Source: Bacteroidales bacterium (GTDB lineage: Bacteria > Bacteroidota > Bacteroidia > Bacteroidales > GWA2-32-17). From it: a DNA stretch of 64,000 nt. A program made the position numbers and the translations under genes. The stretch is taken from contig JAOAFV010000010.1 of NCBI GenBank assembly GCA_026416095.1, positions 22,896 through 86,895 of the forward strand, in the 5' to 3' direction. Positions 18,435 through 28,306 of this stretch are shown in pieces; the first letter of the stretch is position 1; every line of letters starts with the position of its first letter. The notes beneath the pieces are model-generated. The model was not told the DNA's origin, did no database searches, and worked only from the letters and a program-made list of their open reading frames with translations.

Positions 18435-20032
18435 TTTTTTATTTGTTTTTGTTGTTGCATTATTTTCATTGTCTTTTGTGGAGTTATTTTGCTTAAGTAT
18501 ATATTTTTAAAAATTACAGATTGAATAGGTTGTTCATCGTTTATTACAATTTTTTGTGTATAAGTATTAATTTCTTTTCCTTTTATTTCTATTAACCATT
18601 CGCCGGGGGTAAATGCAAGAGTATACTTCGATTTTTTGGTTGGAGTGTAATTGTAACTTTGATTATTTTTTAAATTATAGACGGTGAAAGTTATTAATGA
18701 GTCAACCTGCCTGTAAGGTAATCCGCTTATACTATCACCAATAAATATTGTTCCAGTGTAAGCAACTGGAGTAGGAGGTACATCTTCAAAAATAACCTTA
18801 TAAATATCTAAGCCACCAACCGACGATGTGTCGTATTTACTTATAAATCCGTATCTACGATTAGAAGTTAATGATATGTTATAATTATCGTAAGTATCGT
18901 TAATTGGGTAACCTATGTTAACTGGTTCCGACCATGTTGTATCGATCTTTTTTGAAATAAATATATCGTAACCACCCATCGATTTTGGGCCATTGGAACA
19001 AAAGTATAAAGTTTTACCATCGGATGTTATGTATGGAAAATTTTCGTCGTATTGGGTGTTTATTGGTTCGCCTAAATTTACTGGTTGCGACCATTTGCCA
19101 TCGGGTAATTTCACTGAATAATAAATATCATACCCCCCTTTACCACCTATTCTATCGCTGGCAAAGTACAATGTATCACCATTATACGACAAGCTTGCAC
19201 CACATTCACGGTATTTGGTATTTATGTTAGGACCAAAATCTTTAAGTTCTCCAAAATTTCCCATTTTATTCTTTTCGCTGTAAAATAAGTCGTCTGGGTT
19301 TTTCATTCTGTTCACATGTACAAGTAATATATTGCCATCTTTACTAATGCCTGCTGCTTCTTCGTGTTCGTCGGTATTAATTTTACTGCTGGCTGCTTTG
19401 GCTACTTCCCAACCCGAAGGTGTTCGACTTGAAAAAAAAACCCCTTTAACATACTCTTGAAAGTCGCTCAAATATCTGCGATTAGATGAAAATACCATAA
19501 AATTTTCATCTTCGGTAATAAAAGGTATGTAATCATCTTGAGGCGAATTAATATTTCTACCTAAATTTATAAACTTTACATTTAATGGCTTTTGTATTAG
19601 CCTTTGTGCAGTTTTTATTTGCTCTAATAAAAGATCTACTGTAGGTAAGAATTCTTTTGCAGGATTTTCTTTTATATATTTTTTAAGTAATTCTTTAGCT
19701 TTATCGAAATTATAATTATGAAAATAAGCCTGAGCAAGATAAAAGTCAATATCTTTAAATCCTTTGGGATAAACACTATCGGCAAATAAAAGATGTTTCA
19801 AGGCCTTACTTTTATCGTAATTAGTATATAAGTAGCAAACACCTAATTTGTAATTTATTTCGGGGTTGTTAATGTATTGCTTTTTTTTGTATAATTTTAA
19901 AAATTGTTTTAAAGCAACCTCAAAATTTTCGTCTTCAAAATTTGCATTTGCATCGTAAAGTATTTCGTCTTGTGTGTATGATATCGTAAAAGAAAGACAC
20001 ATGATTATAATAAAATTAAATAATTTTATCAT
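18431..20032 (-). CDS. TPR + PD40 (TolB-like beta-propeller) repeat protein, secreted
   Basis: 533 aa with a signal peptide, N-terminal TPR-like helices, and repeated ...GGYDIY.S.....W..P.NLG..INT... PD40 units. The C-terminal beta-sandwich is CarboxypepD_reg-like. No OmpA domain. Confidence 0.65.
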   Translation of the reverse strand: MIKLFNFIIIMCLSFTISYTQDEILYDANANFEDENFEVALKQFLKLYKKKQYINNPEINYKLGVCYLYTNYDKSKALKHLLFADSVYPKGFKDIDFYLAQAYFHNYNFDKAKELLKKYIKENPAKEFLPTVDLLLEQIKTAQRLIQKPLNVKFINLGRNINSPQDDYIPFITEDENFMVFSSNRRYLSDFQEYVKGVFFSSRTPSGWEVAKAASSKINTDEHEEAAGISKDGNILLVHVNRMKNPDDLFYSEKNKMGNFGELKDFGPNINTKYRECGASLSYNGDTLYFASDRIGGKGGYDIYYSVKLPDGKWSQPVNLGEPINTQYDENFPYITSDGKTLYFCSNGPKSMGGYDIFISKKIDTTWSEPVNIGYPINDTYDNYNISLTSNRRYGFISKYDTSSVGGLDIYKVIFEDVPPTPVAYTGTIFIGDSISGLPYRQVDSLITFTVYNLKNNQSYNYTPTKKSKYTLAFTPGEWLIEIKGKEINTYTQKIVINDEQPIQSVIFKNIYLSKITPQKTMKIMQQQKQIKK

Positions 20033-20036
20033 AAGT

Positions 20037-21605
20037 TTATTTTTTTATTTTAAGATAAAATTTTTTTTCAATTTCTTTGACAAAATTGCTTCTGTCGAGA
20101 ATAATTATTTTTTCAGTATATAGATTACATATTGGTGAATATATTTTAATAGTATATTCTGCAGGAGGTAAGGCCGCTATAAATCTAAATAAGTTATAGT
20201 TATAAGCATATATACCATATACGTTTGAATAATTGTCGTATATTGTAATTTCTACATTACCGAGAGTAGGTTTCCATGGTATAGTATCTTTATCGGTAAT
20301 TAAATAAATTTGTCCTTTTAAAATAGTAACAGGTGAGTTTTCGTTGTTAAAAATAATTTTATATATATCTGTACCACCAAAGCCTTCTTTTCTTACAGAT
20401 GCTACATAGGCATATTTTTTTGTAGGTGAAAAGCATATTGAATAATCGGCCCCTGGAGTGTTTATAGGGTATCCTAAATTTTCGGGTTTATTCCATGTAT
20501 TTTTTTCGTCGTTATAAGTAGTTTTAAAAATATCGTAATCGCCAATAGATTTGTGTCCTTTACTTGCAAAGTATAATGTTTTACCATCGGGCGATATTTG
20601 AGGGTATATTTCATCTTCTGGAGTATTTATTGTATTACCAAGATTTTGTGGCTGACTCCATTCACCATTTGGCAATTTTTTTATGACATAAATGTCGTTT
20701 TTGCCGTACGAGTCGTTTCGTTCGGCTGAAAAATAAAGAGTTTGTCCATCGGCTGTAATTGTAGCTCCAGTAGTAAATTTATTTGCGTACTTTGAAAAAA
20801 ATTTTTCTCCTTCAATATATTTGTAATTAACTCTATTTTTAGTAAGGGCAATATTTACATCGCTGTAAACTCTTCCATAATGACCGCAAACAAACAAAGT
20901 ATCGCCATTTGTACTCATTCCTACAACTTTTTCTGGATCTTGTGTATTAAGGCCAGAAACTGGCATGCATTTTTTCCATCCAAGTCCATCGGGAAATGAT
21001 ATATAAATATTTTCATCAAAGTTCATTGAATTATGATCAAAACTTTTATCGGAAGTAAAAATTAAAAAATCTTCATTATATGGTGTAAAAGGTAAAATTT
21101 CGTTCGAAGAACTATTAATATTAGCACCAAGATTCTCAAAAGTCACATTTAACGGCTTATTGAGCAAATCGAGTGCATTTAAACAATTTTCAATTAGCTT
21201 TTGTGCTTCTTCAATATTTTTTTGGGAAATACCAGAACTTGCAATATATGTATTAAACATATCAATTGCATCGTTAAATCTGTATGAATGCATATACATT
21301 TTGCCTATCCAGAAAGGTACATCGGAAAAGTTGTGATTTTTACCAAGTAAGGGTTCAATGTATTTTAATGAAGTATCTATATTAAAACCTGCAAGAAAAT
21401 TAGAAATAGCAAACCTATATTTATAAAAAAAATTGTTAGGGTCAAGTTTTATTAGTTTTTCATATTCTTGTTTTGAAAGCTTATAATTTTCGTTTGCCCA
21501 ATGACGTTCAGCAATTTTTTCTAATTCTTTAATGCCTTCGGCGTGTTGTGAGAATATAGTGTTGCAATTATAAATTAACAATAAAAAAACAACGATCGCA
21601 ATCAT
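20037..21605 (-). CDS. TPR + PD40 repeat protein, paralog of the 18431..20032 gene
   Basis: 522 aa with the same architecture and collinear motifs (LNKPLNV.FENLG.NINS, GKTLYF.S, DIY..). Confidence 0.65.
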   Translation of the reverse strand: MIAIVVFLLLIYNCNTIFSQHAEGIKELEKIAERHWANENYKLSKQEYEKLIKLDPNNFFYKYRFAISNFLAGFNIDTSLKYIEPLLGKNHNFSDVPFWIGKMYMHSYRFNDAIDMFNTYIASSGISQKNIEEAQKLIENCLNALDLLNKPLNVTFENLGANINSSSNEILPFTPYNEDFLIFTSDKSFDHNSMNFDENIYISFPDGLGWKKCMPVSGLNTQDPEKVVGMSTNGDTLFVCGHYGRVYSDVNIALTKNRVNYKYIEGEKFFSKYANKFTTGATITADGQTLYFSAERNDSYGKNDIYVIKKLPNGEWSQPQNLGNTINTPEDEIYPQISPDGKTLYFASKGHKSIGDYDIFKTTYNDEKNTWNKPENLGYPINTPGADYSICFSPTKKYAYVASVRKEGFGGTDIYKIIFNNENSPVTILKGQIYLITDKDTIPWKPTLGNVEITIYDNYSNVYGIYAYNYNLFRFIAALPPAEYTIKIYSPICNLYTEKIIILDRSNFVKEIEKKFYLKIKK

Positions 21606-21724
21606 TAAAAAATTAATTAAGTTATTTTATTACCGCTAAAATAGTAAATTAATTTGGTACATTCAAATAACATATTTTGGGTGTCCATATAAATTTTTTT
21701 TTACAATTTAAGAGGAGTTACATA

Positions 21725-22399
21725 TTAAAAATCGTTTGGAGCAATAACAATTACAAATTCGCCTTTTATTTTTATTTTATTTATTTCATCTGTAATGTTT
21801 TTAATTGTAGATCTTATAACACATTCATGAACTTTTGTTAGTTCTTTACATATACATATTTTTCTTTCAGGTTTTAGCACTTGTTGTAATTCACTTAAAG
21901 TTTTAATTAGTTTGTGTGGTGATTCAAATATAATAGAAGTATAACTTAATTCTTTTAAACTGTTAATAATTTTTTTTCTTTTTTTAGGTGGTAAAAAACC
22001 AAAAAATATGAAAGGTTCTGTTGGAAATCCACTTAGAAGTAAAGCTGGGATAATAGAAGTTGGGCCGGGTAAACTTTCGATTTTTATATTATTTTCTATG
22101 CACTGTTTTATTAATAAGAAGGCTGCATCGCTTATACCTGGGGTTCCGGCATCGCTTATGAGTGCTATGTTATTACCTTTTTTTAAATCGTTTATAATAG
22201 TGGAACAAATTTTATGTTCATTAAATTTATGATAACTTTTTAAGGGTTTTGTAATATTATATTCCTTTAAAAGTATTAAGCTTTGCCTTGTATCTTCGCA
22301 AAGAATATAATCGACGGTTTTGAGGGTATTTATTGATCGAATTGTTATATCTGCCAAGTTACCAATTGGAGTTGGTACGATATAGAGTATTCCAGGCAT
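21725..22399 (-). CDS. rsmI: 16S rRNA (cytidine1402-2'-O)-methyltransferase
   Basis: 224 aa with LYIVPTPIGNLADIT and CEDTR motifs. Confidence 0.9.
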   Translation of the reverse strand: MPGILYIVPTPIGNLADITIRSINTLKTVDYILCEDTRQSLILLKEYNITKPLKSYHKFNEHKICSTIINDLKKGNNIALISDAGTPGISDAAFLLIKQCIENNIKIESLPGPTSIIPALLLSGFPTEPFIFFGFLPPKKRKKIINSLKELSYTSIIFESPHKLIKTLSELQQVLKPERKICICKELTKVHECVIRSTIKNITDEINKIKIKGEFVIVIAPNDF

Positions 22400-22403
22400 T
22401 AAG

Positions 22404-23402
22404 TTATTGTGGGTTATATCCCCATTTTAAATACATAGCTCCCCAAGTAAATCCAGCACCAAAAGCAGCTAAAATAATATTATCTCCCTTATTTAGCTTA
22501 TTTTCCCATTCAAATAAGCAAATAGGTAGTGTTGCAGCTGTGGTATTTCCGTACTTTTGAATATTAATCATTACTTTTTCTTTAGATATACCCATTCTAT
22601 TAGCAGTTGCTTCTATAATACGCATATTTGCTTGATGGGGGACAAGCCAAGCCACATCTTCGGGTTTAAGATTATTTCTTTTCATTATTTCAACGCTACA
22701 ATCGGCCATTTTTGTAACTGCCCATTTAAAAACTGCTTGTCCTTCTTGATAGATATAGTGAAGACGATTAGCAACTGTTTCAAAAGAAGCTGGACGTAGA
22801 GAACCGCCTGCTTTTTGGTGAAGATGTACTCTACCTATTCCATCTGAACCAAATATTTCGTCAATTATACCAATATTTTCGGTAGTTGGTTCTAATAATA
22901 CAGCACCTGCACCATCGCCAAATATAGGGCATGTAGTACGGTCGGTATAATCGACTATTGTCGACATTTTCTCGGCACCAATGATAATTGCCTTTTTATA
23001 TTTACCGCTCTCTATGAATTTTGCACCTGTTGACAATGCATATAGAAAACCGCTACAACCTGCATTAATATCGTAACTGAATGCATTTCTTATGTTGACT
23101 TTATCGCTTATAATATTTGCGGTTGCTGGAAATTGCGTATCTGGTGTAACAGTTGCACAAATAACTAAATCAATTTCTGCTGGGTCAGTATTTGTTTTTT
23201 TTAGTAACTTATTAACAGCATCGGCACCTAAGTCGCTTGTTGCTTTATTTTTATCTCTTAAAATTCTTCTTTCTTTAATTCCTATTCTTTCCATTATCCA
23301 TTCATCGCTTGTGTCTACCATTTCCGATAATTCTTCATTAGTCAACCTATATTCTGGAATGCTTATTTCTACGCCTTTTATATATGCGTTAATTTTACTC
23401 AT
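22404..23402 (-). CDS. fabH: beta-ketoacyl-ACP synthase III
   Basis: 332 aa. Active-site Cys context NAGCSGFLYAL, HQAN, GNTTAATLP. Confidence 0.95.
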   Translation of the reverse strand: MSKINAYIKGVEISIPEYRLTNEELSEMVDTSDEWIMERIGIKERRILRDKNKATSDLGADAVNKLLKKTNTDPAEIDLVICATVTPDTQFPATANIISDKVNIRNAFSYDINAGCSGFLYALSTGAKFIESGKYKKAIIIGAEKMSTIVDYTDRTTCPIFGDGAGAVLLEPTTENIGIIDEIFGSDGIGRVHLHQKAGGSLRPASFETVANRLHYIYQEGQAVFKWAVTKMADCSVEIMKRNNLKPEDVAWLVPHQANMRIIEATANRMGISKEKVMINIQKYGNTTAATLPICLFEWENKLNKGDNIILAAFGAGFTWGAMYLKWGYNPQ

Positions 23403-24337
23403 ATTGCATTTTCTTTTGTTTTTAAATGTTCAATTAAATTCGATTTAACTATATTGTAAGTTAATAAAATCATGTTTTTAATTGCTAAAGGGGTTGAGGC
23501 TCCATGTCCAACCACAACAACTTTGTTTATTCCTAAAATGGGAGTTCCGCCATAATATTCGAAGTTAAACTTTTCAAAGTAACTATCAACCATGTTTCTT
23601 CTTTTTAACATCTTGTAAAAACCTTCGCCTAATTTTAGTATAACATTTCCAGTAAACCCATCGCATATTATTACATCACATATATTTGAAAATATGTCGT
23701 AGCCTTCGATATTTCCAATAAAATTAATTTTTGGATCGTTTTTTAATAAATCATATGCAATTTTTGTAACAGAATTTCCTTTTTCTGGTTCTGATCCAAT
23801 ATTAAGAAGAGCAACACGAGGTTTTTCGACACCAACAATATATTTAAAATATTTACTTGTTAAATGGGCATATTGAAGCAACATTTCAGGTTTTGCATCG
23901 GGGTTTAAACCGACATCTGCAATTAATGAAAAGGAATTATTTTCGTGTGGAATAAACGAAGCAATGCAAGGCCTTATGATACCATCTATTACTTTGATTA
24001 TTTGCATAGCACCAACTAGCATTGCCCCTGTATTTCCAGCACTACAAAATCCCTGTATATAATCGGCTTGTAAGTATTTAAAACCCTGTACAATAGATGA
24101 ATTTTGTTTTTGAGTAAAAGCATTGGCAGGAGTGTCTTCCATTGTTATAACTTCAGGGGCATCAATTATTTCAATTTGCTTTAATTCGTGGCTTCTAAAA
24201 TTTTCTTCAATTATTTTTTTGTTACCAAATAAAACTAACTCTAAATCGGAAGGTTTGTCGTTCATTAATAATTTTACTCCTTCAATAGGATTTTTGGGGA
24301 CATAATCTCCTCCCCAAATGTCAATTCCTACTTTCAT
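23399..24337 (-). CDS. plsX: phosphate acyltransferase
   Basis: 312 aa. GGD..P N-terminus, VVVGHGAS motif, and the conserved rpmF-plsX-fabH order. Confidence 0.9.
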   Translation of the reverse strand: MKVGIDIWGGDYVPKNPIEGVKLLMNDKPSDLELVLFGNKKIIEENFRSHELKQIEIIDAPEVITMEDTPANAFTQKQNSSIVQGFKYLQADYIQGFCSAGNTGAMLVGAMQIIKVIDGIIRPCIASFIPHENNSFSLIADVGLNPDAKPEMLLQYAHLTSKYFKYIVGVEKPRVALLNIGSEPEKGNSVTKIAYDLLKNDPKINFIGNIEGYDIFSNICDVIICDGFTGNVILKLGEGFYKMLKRRNMVDSYFEKFNFEYYGGTPILGINKVVVVGHGASTPLAIKNMILLTYNIVKSNLIEHLKTKENAI

Positions 24338-24368
24338 TTACAGGTAATTTATATAATAAATACCTTTC

Positions 24369-24554
24369 CTACACATTAATTTCTTTTTCAAGAATTTTTT
24401 TCCCTCTATAAAAACCACATTCTGGACATATGTGATGCAATTCAATAACAGCCCCACAATTCGAACATTTACCAAGCGTAGGATATTTTGCTTTATAATG
24501 GGTCCTACGCTTATCTCTTCTTTGCTTTGAATGTTTACGTTTCGGATTTGGCAT
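24369..24554 (-). CDS. rpmF: 50S ribosomal protein L32
   Basis: 61 aa. MPNPKRKHSKQRRDKRR start plus a CxxC...CxxC zinc ribbon. Confidence 0.95.
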   Translation of the reverse strand: MPNPKRKHSKQRRDKRRTHYKAKYPTLGKCSNCGAVIELHHICPECGFYRGKKILEKEINV

Positions 24555-24567
24555 ATTTTTATTTTTT

Positions 24568-25131
24568 TTAATTTAATAACTTTTTTAATTCTTCACATTT
24601 AAGACTGAAAGTGATATTATTTTCTTCTTTTAAATAAGAACTTAAAATTTTAAGAGTTTCTTCGTTGCACAAAGAATTCCCTTTTTCGTCGTATTCATGC
24701 ACGTGGCGCATTGGAATTGAAAATATTACAGCTTCAAAAATTAAAGGTGAAACATCTATTTCGGTTGTATTCGAAGGAATAAAAATTATATCTGTTCCTT
24801 CTTCTTTAGGATTATCGGATAATTGTATAAATAAATGATGTGTAAAATTTATGGGCATTAATAAATCATCGTTACATCTATCGCAAACGGTGAGAATTGT
24901 ACCTTCTATATTAAATGTTAAATCGAATAAATCGTTATTTTTTATGAGTGTTAAACATACGTCTAAGTTAACATCGTTAATGTTTTCGTAAACAAAGTCG
25001 CTGAAAAAGCTTTTGTTAATTTTATACAAGTATTTATATTCAGCATTTTTTAAAGACTTAATATTAATAATATATTCATCAGAAAAGTTCACAAAAATTT
25101 TTTGCAAAAGTATAAAAAAAAATAAAAACAA
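24568..25131 (-). CDS. yceD: YceD/DUF177 family protein
   Basis: Lies immediately upstream of rpmF as in most bacteria, with a CDRC...C.E cluster. The ORF-track start is a TTG. An in-frame GTG at 25092 (MNFSDEYII..) is an equally plausible start. Confidence 0.7.
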   Translation of the reverse strand: MFLFFFILLQKIFVNFSDEYIINIKSLKNAEYKYLYKINKSFFSDFVYENINDVNLDVCLTLIKNNDLFDLTFNIEGTILTVCDRCNDDLLMPINFTHHLFIQLSDNPKEEGTDIIFIPSNTTEIDVSPLIFEAVIFSIPMRHVHEYDEKGNSLCNEETLKILSSYLKEENNITFSLKCEELKKLLN

Positions 25132-25181
25132 AAAACTACTTTAAATAAAAAATAATTCATATTTTTGATGGGAAGAAATTA

Positions 25182-27083
25182 ATGGTTATGAGTAATTTTA
25201 TTTTATCGAAATTTTATTTTTACTCCGGACCAAATTATTATTTAAATAAAAAAGCTTTTGTTTTTAACTTATTTGTAAATAAACATACTCAATTAGAGAA
25301 AATATATGATGTTGTAACAAAGCGTTTTAAAAAGATTAGAGATTATAAAATTTATGATATTGCAGATTTTTTTGCTGTTACATTACTCAATGTATTAAAA
25401 ATGGATGTTGATTTGTATATTAATGATTATGAAATTTCTTATGATGGCGATGAATATGTAATTGCATTGGAATATTTCGATAAATCAATTAGTAAAGACT
25501 GTGCTTTTCTTGTAAGCGACTGGTTTAAAGCAATAGAAAATAATGTAGATTTTAATTTTGAAGAGAGGTACGAAAAAATTAAGCAAAGATTTAATAAAAC
25601 ATTGTATGGTGGTCCTACTTTGTATTCCATTGTAGAAGCAGCATTAAAGCACCAAATACCACTTTTTTACATATATGAAGAAAATACATTTCAATGGGGG
25701 TACGGAAGAAGACAATTAAGGGGCAAGTCGGCATTGTTTCACACAGATAGTATAAAAGATGCAGAATTTACAATGTACAAAGACATGGTCGGTGAGTTTT
25801 TAGAAATGTGTAACTTCCCAGTCCCTAAATCTATTACTTGTTTTACAGAAAAAGAAGTAGTTAAAGCTGCAGAAGAAATTGGTTTCCCTGTTATTATTAA
25901 GCCTGTGGTTGATCAAAGAAAACAGACAACAATAGCAAAATTGTCGTCGATAGAAGAAGTTAAAAATTGTTTTAATAATATATTAAAAACATTTAATGAT
26001 CAAAACACAATTTTCGATGGGGTTTTAGTACAAAAATATATTAAAGGCGTCGATTACCGACTTTTAACAATAGATGGTAAATTTGTTGCTGCTACAAAAA
26101 GAATACCAGCATATATTGTGGGCGATGGCAAAAGTACTATAAAAGAACTTATTGATAAGGAAAACGAAAAAATAATAAGAGCCGATAACTTGCGCTCGCC
26201 ATTATGTAAAATAAAAATTGATGACAAGCTAGTACAATACCTTTCACAACAAAATCTTACTTTAGAGTCGGTAATTGAGAAAGATAAAACTGTTTATTTA
26301 AGGAGCGAAGCAAGTATCTCAGAAGGAGGTATTTCTATAAATGTAACAGATAGCGTCCACCCCGACAATATAAAGCTAGTAGAAAATATTGCTAAATTTT
26401 TTAAGGTAAAATGTCTTGGAATAGATATTCTTACTTCCGATATTTCAGTGTCGTGGCAAAAAGGCAATTTTGTAATTCTTGAAATAAATTCAAATCCAGG
26501 CATTTTTATGCATTTTGTGCCAGCTTTTGGCGAAAAAATAGATGTGCCAAAAAAAATTTTATTTTCACATTTTTCTCAAAAAGATAAAGGTAGAATACCA
26601 ATAGTTGTATTCAATTATATTAATAAATCGTTTGCTAAAGACTTAGTCGATGAACTAATTTATGAATATAACGATGTTTTTATAGGATGCCTTATACAAG
26701 AAGGAATATTTTTTAATAATGAATATTTTAGCAAGAAATTAGAACACGATCAGGCAGTCAAAATAATTTTAAGGCACCCCGATGTAAATATTGCAATTTT
26801 TGAGCATTCTAAAGATGATATTTATGATTATGGTATTTTTCATCAAGGTGCTGATATAATTGTACTTGATGAACCAGCATATGCCGAAGAAAGAGTTTTA
26901 TCGAAACAAGTAATGGATGGAAGTATATTAATATATGCACAAAGTGGTAAAATTAATGTATATTCGTCAAACGATGATGTACTTGATACTTACGAGTACT
27001 TTTCTACACGAGAAAAGGAACAAATTATTAAAAAAATTATACGCGACGAAATGGAATATTACTTAAAAAAATATGATGTTTAA
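25182..27083 (+). CDS. cyanophycin synthetase-like protein, truncated (CphA2-like: N domain + ATP-grasp G domain + short degenerate Mur-ligase-like remnant)
   Basis: 633 aa. ATP-grasp region matches CphA (DYRLLTIDGKFVAATKRIPAYIVGDGKSTIKELID; LRSEASISEGGISINVTD..HPDN; ILEINSNPG). The segment after aa ~465 aligns to the start of the CphA M domain but ends about 250 aa early. See findings for the degenerate loops. Confidence 0.7.
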   Translation: MVMSNFILSKFYFYSGPNYYLNKKAFVFNLFVNKHTQLEKIYDVVTKRFKKIRDYKIYDIADFFAVTLLNVLKMDVDLYINDYEISYDGDEYVIALEYFDKSISKDCAFLVSDWFKAIENNVDFNFEERYEKIKQRFNKTLYGGPTLYSIVEAALKHQIPLFYIYEENTFQWGYGRRQLRGKSALFHTDSIKDAEFTMYKDMVGEFLEMCNFPVPKSITCFTEKEVVKAAEEIGFPVIIKPVVDQRKQTTIAKLSSIEEVKNCFNNILKTFNDQNTIFDGVLVQKYIKGVDYRLLTIDGKFVAATKRIPAYIVGDGKSTIKELIDKENEKIIRADNLRSPLCKIKIDDKLVQYLSQQNLTLESVIEKDKTVYLRSEASISEGGISINVTDSVHPDNIKLVENIAKFFKVKCLGIDILTSDISVSWQKGNFVILEINSNPGIFMHFVPAFGEKIDVPKKILFSHFSQKDKGRIPIVVFNYINKSFAKDLVDELIYEYNDVFIGCLIQEGIFFNNEYFSKKLEHDQAVKIILRHPDVNIAIFEHSKDDIYDYGIFHQGADIIVLDEPAYAEERVLSKQVMDGSILIYAQSGKINVYSSNDDVLDTYEYFSTREKEQIIKKIIRDEMEYYLKKYDV

Positions 27084-27094
27084 ATATTTGTTAT

Positions 27095-28264
27095 ATGAAT
27101 GCTATTTTAATTAAGGGGGCAGAAGTATATGCACCCAAATACATAGGCAAAAAGGATATTTTTATTGTAGACAAAAAGATTGTTAAAGTAGCTGAAAATA
27201 TTAATGCTCCTTCAATTTTTAATTGTACAGTAATTGATGCCGACGGTTTAACTGCTATTCCTGGTTTTATCGACAGCCATGTTCACATTGCTGGAGCAGG
27301 GGGAGAAGGAGGGCCCGCAACAAGAACTCCTGAACTTCCTTTATCTAAGTATATTGAAGCTGGAGTTACAACTGTTATAGGTTGTTTGGGTACCGATGGT
27401 ATGACTCGAAACGTTGAATCGGTGCTAATGAGAGCAAAGGCACTAAGAAACGAAGGAATTTCGGCATGGATTTATACCGGTGCATATCAGGTACCTACTC
27501 CAACAATAACTGGCGATGTTGGTAAAGACATTGCTTTAATAGATGAAATTATTGGAGTTGGCGAAATTGCTTTAAGCGATCACAGGTCTTCATGGCCTTC
27601 ACCTTACGAATTATTACGATTAACAGAACATGCAAGAGTAGGTGGTATGCTCGGAGGTAAAGCAGGTATTGTAAACATACACTTAGGCGATCAATACAAT
27701 CCGTTTCAACCACTTTACGAAGTAATTGAGCTCAGTAAGAATATGCTTAAGTTAACTCAGTTTTTACCTACTCATTGCAACCGAAACGATTATACGTTTG
27801 ACTCAGCCATAGAATACCTTAAAAAAGGTGGTTATATCGATATAACAACAAGTTCTTACCCATATTTTCCTGAATATGAGGTAAAGCCTTCAAAATGTTT
27901 AAAGATATTAATTGATAATAATATAGGTATTGACAATGTAACATTTAGTTCTGATGCTGGTGGCTCTCTTCCTGGTTTTGATGATAAAGGTAATTTGATT
28001 AAACTTGAAATGGGATTACCTTTTGCTAATTTTAAAGAAATAATCGATGCTGTCAAGGAAGAAAAAATTCCATTGGAAGAAGCTCTTAAAGTTGTAACTG
28101 TAAATCCTGCTCGAATACTTAAATTACATAATAAGGGTAAAATTGAAGAAAGTTATGATGCAGATATTATACTTATCGATAATTTTAGTATACATTCCGT
28201 TATTGCTAATGGTGTATTTCTAATGAAAGAAAGAAGATTGGTAAAAAAAGGTAATTACGAATAA
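27095..28264 (+). CDS. iadA: isoaspartyl (beta-aspartyl) dipeptidase
   Basis: 389 aa with GFIDSHVHIAGAGGEGGPATRTPE, and an amidohydrolase fold with SSDAGGS. Confidence 0.85.
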   Translation: MNAILIKGAEVYAPKYIGKKDIFIVDKKIVKVAENINAPSIFNCTVIDADGLTAIPGFIDSHVHIAGAGGEGGPATRTPELPLSKYIEAGVTTVIGCLGTDGMTRNVESVLMRAKALRNEGISAWIYTGAYQVPTPTITGDVGKDIALIDEIIGVGEIALSDHRSSWPSPYELLRLTEHARVGGMLGGKAGIVNIHLGDQYNPFQPLYEVIELSKNMLKLTQFLPTHCNRNDYTFDSAIEYLKKGGYIDITTSSYPYFPEYEVKPSKCLKILIDNNIGIDNVTFSSDAGGSLPGFDDKGNLIKLEMGLPFANFKEIIDAVKEEKIPLEEALKVVTVNPARILKLHNKGKIEESYDADIILIDNFSIHSVIANGVFLMKERRLVKKGNYE

Positions 28265-28306
28265 ATTAATAATATTGTTTAGGTAAATTTTGATATAGGT
28301 GATTAT

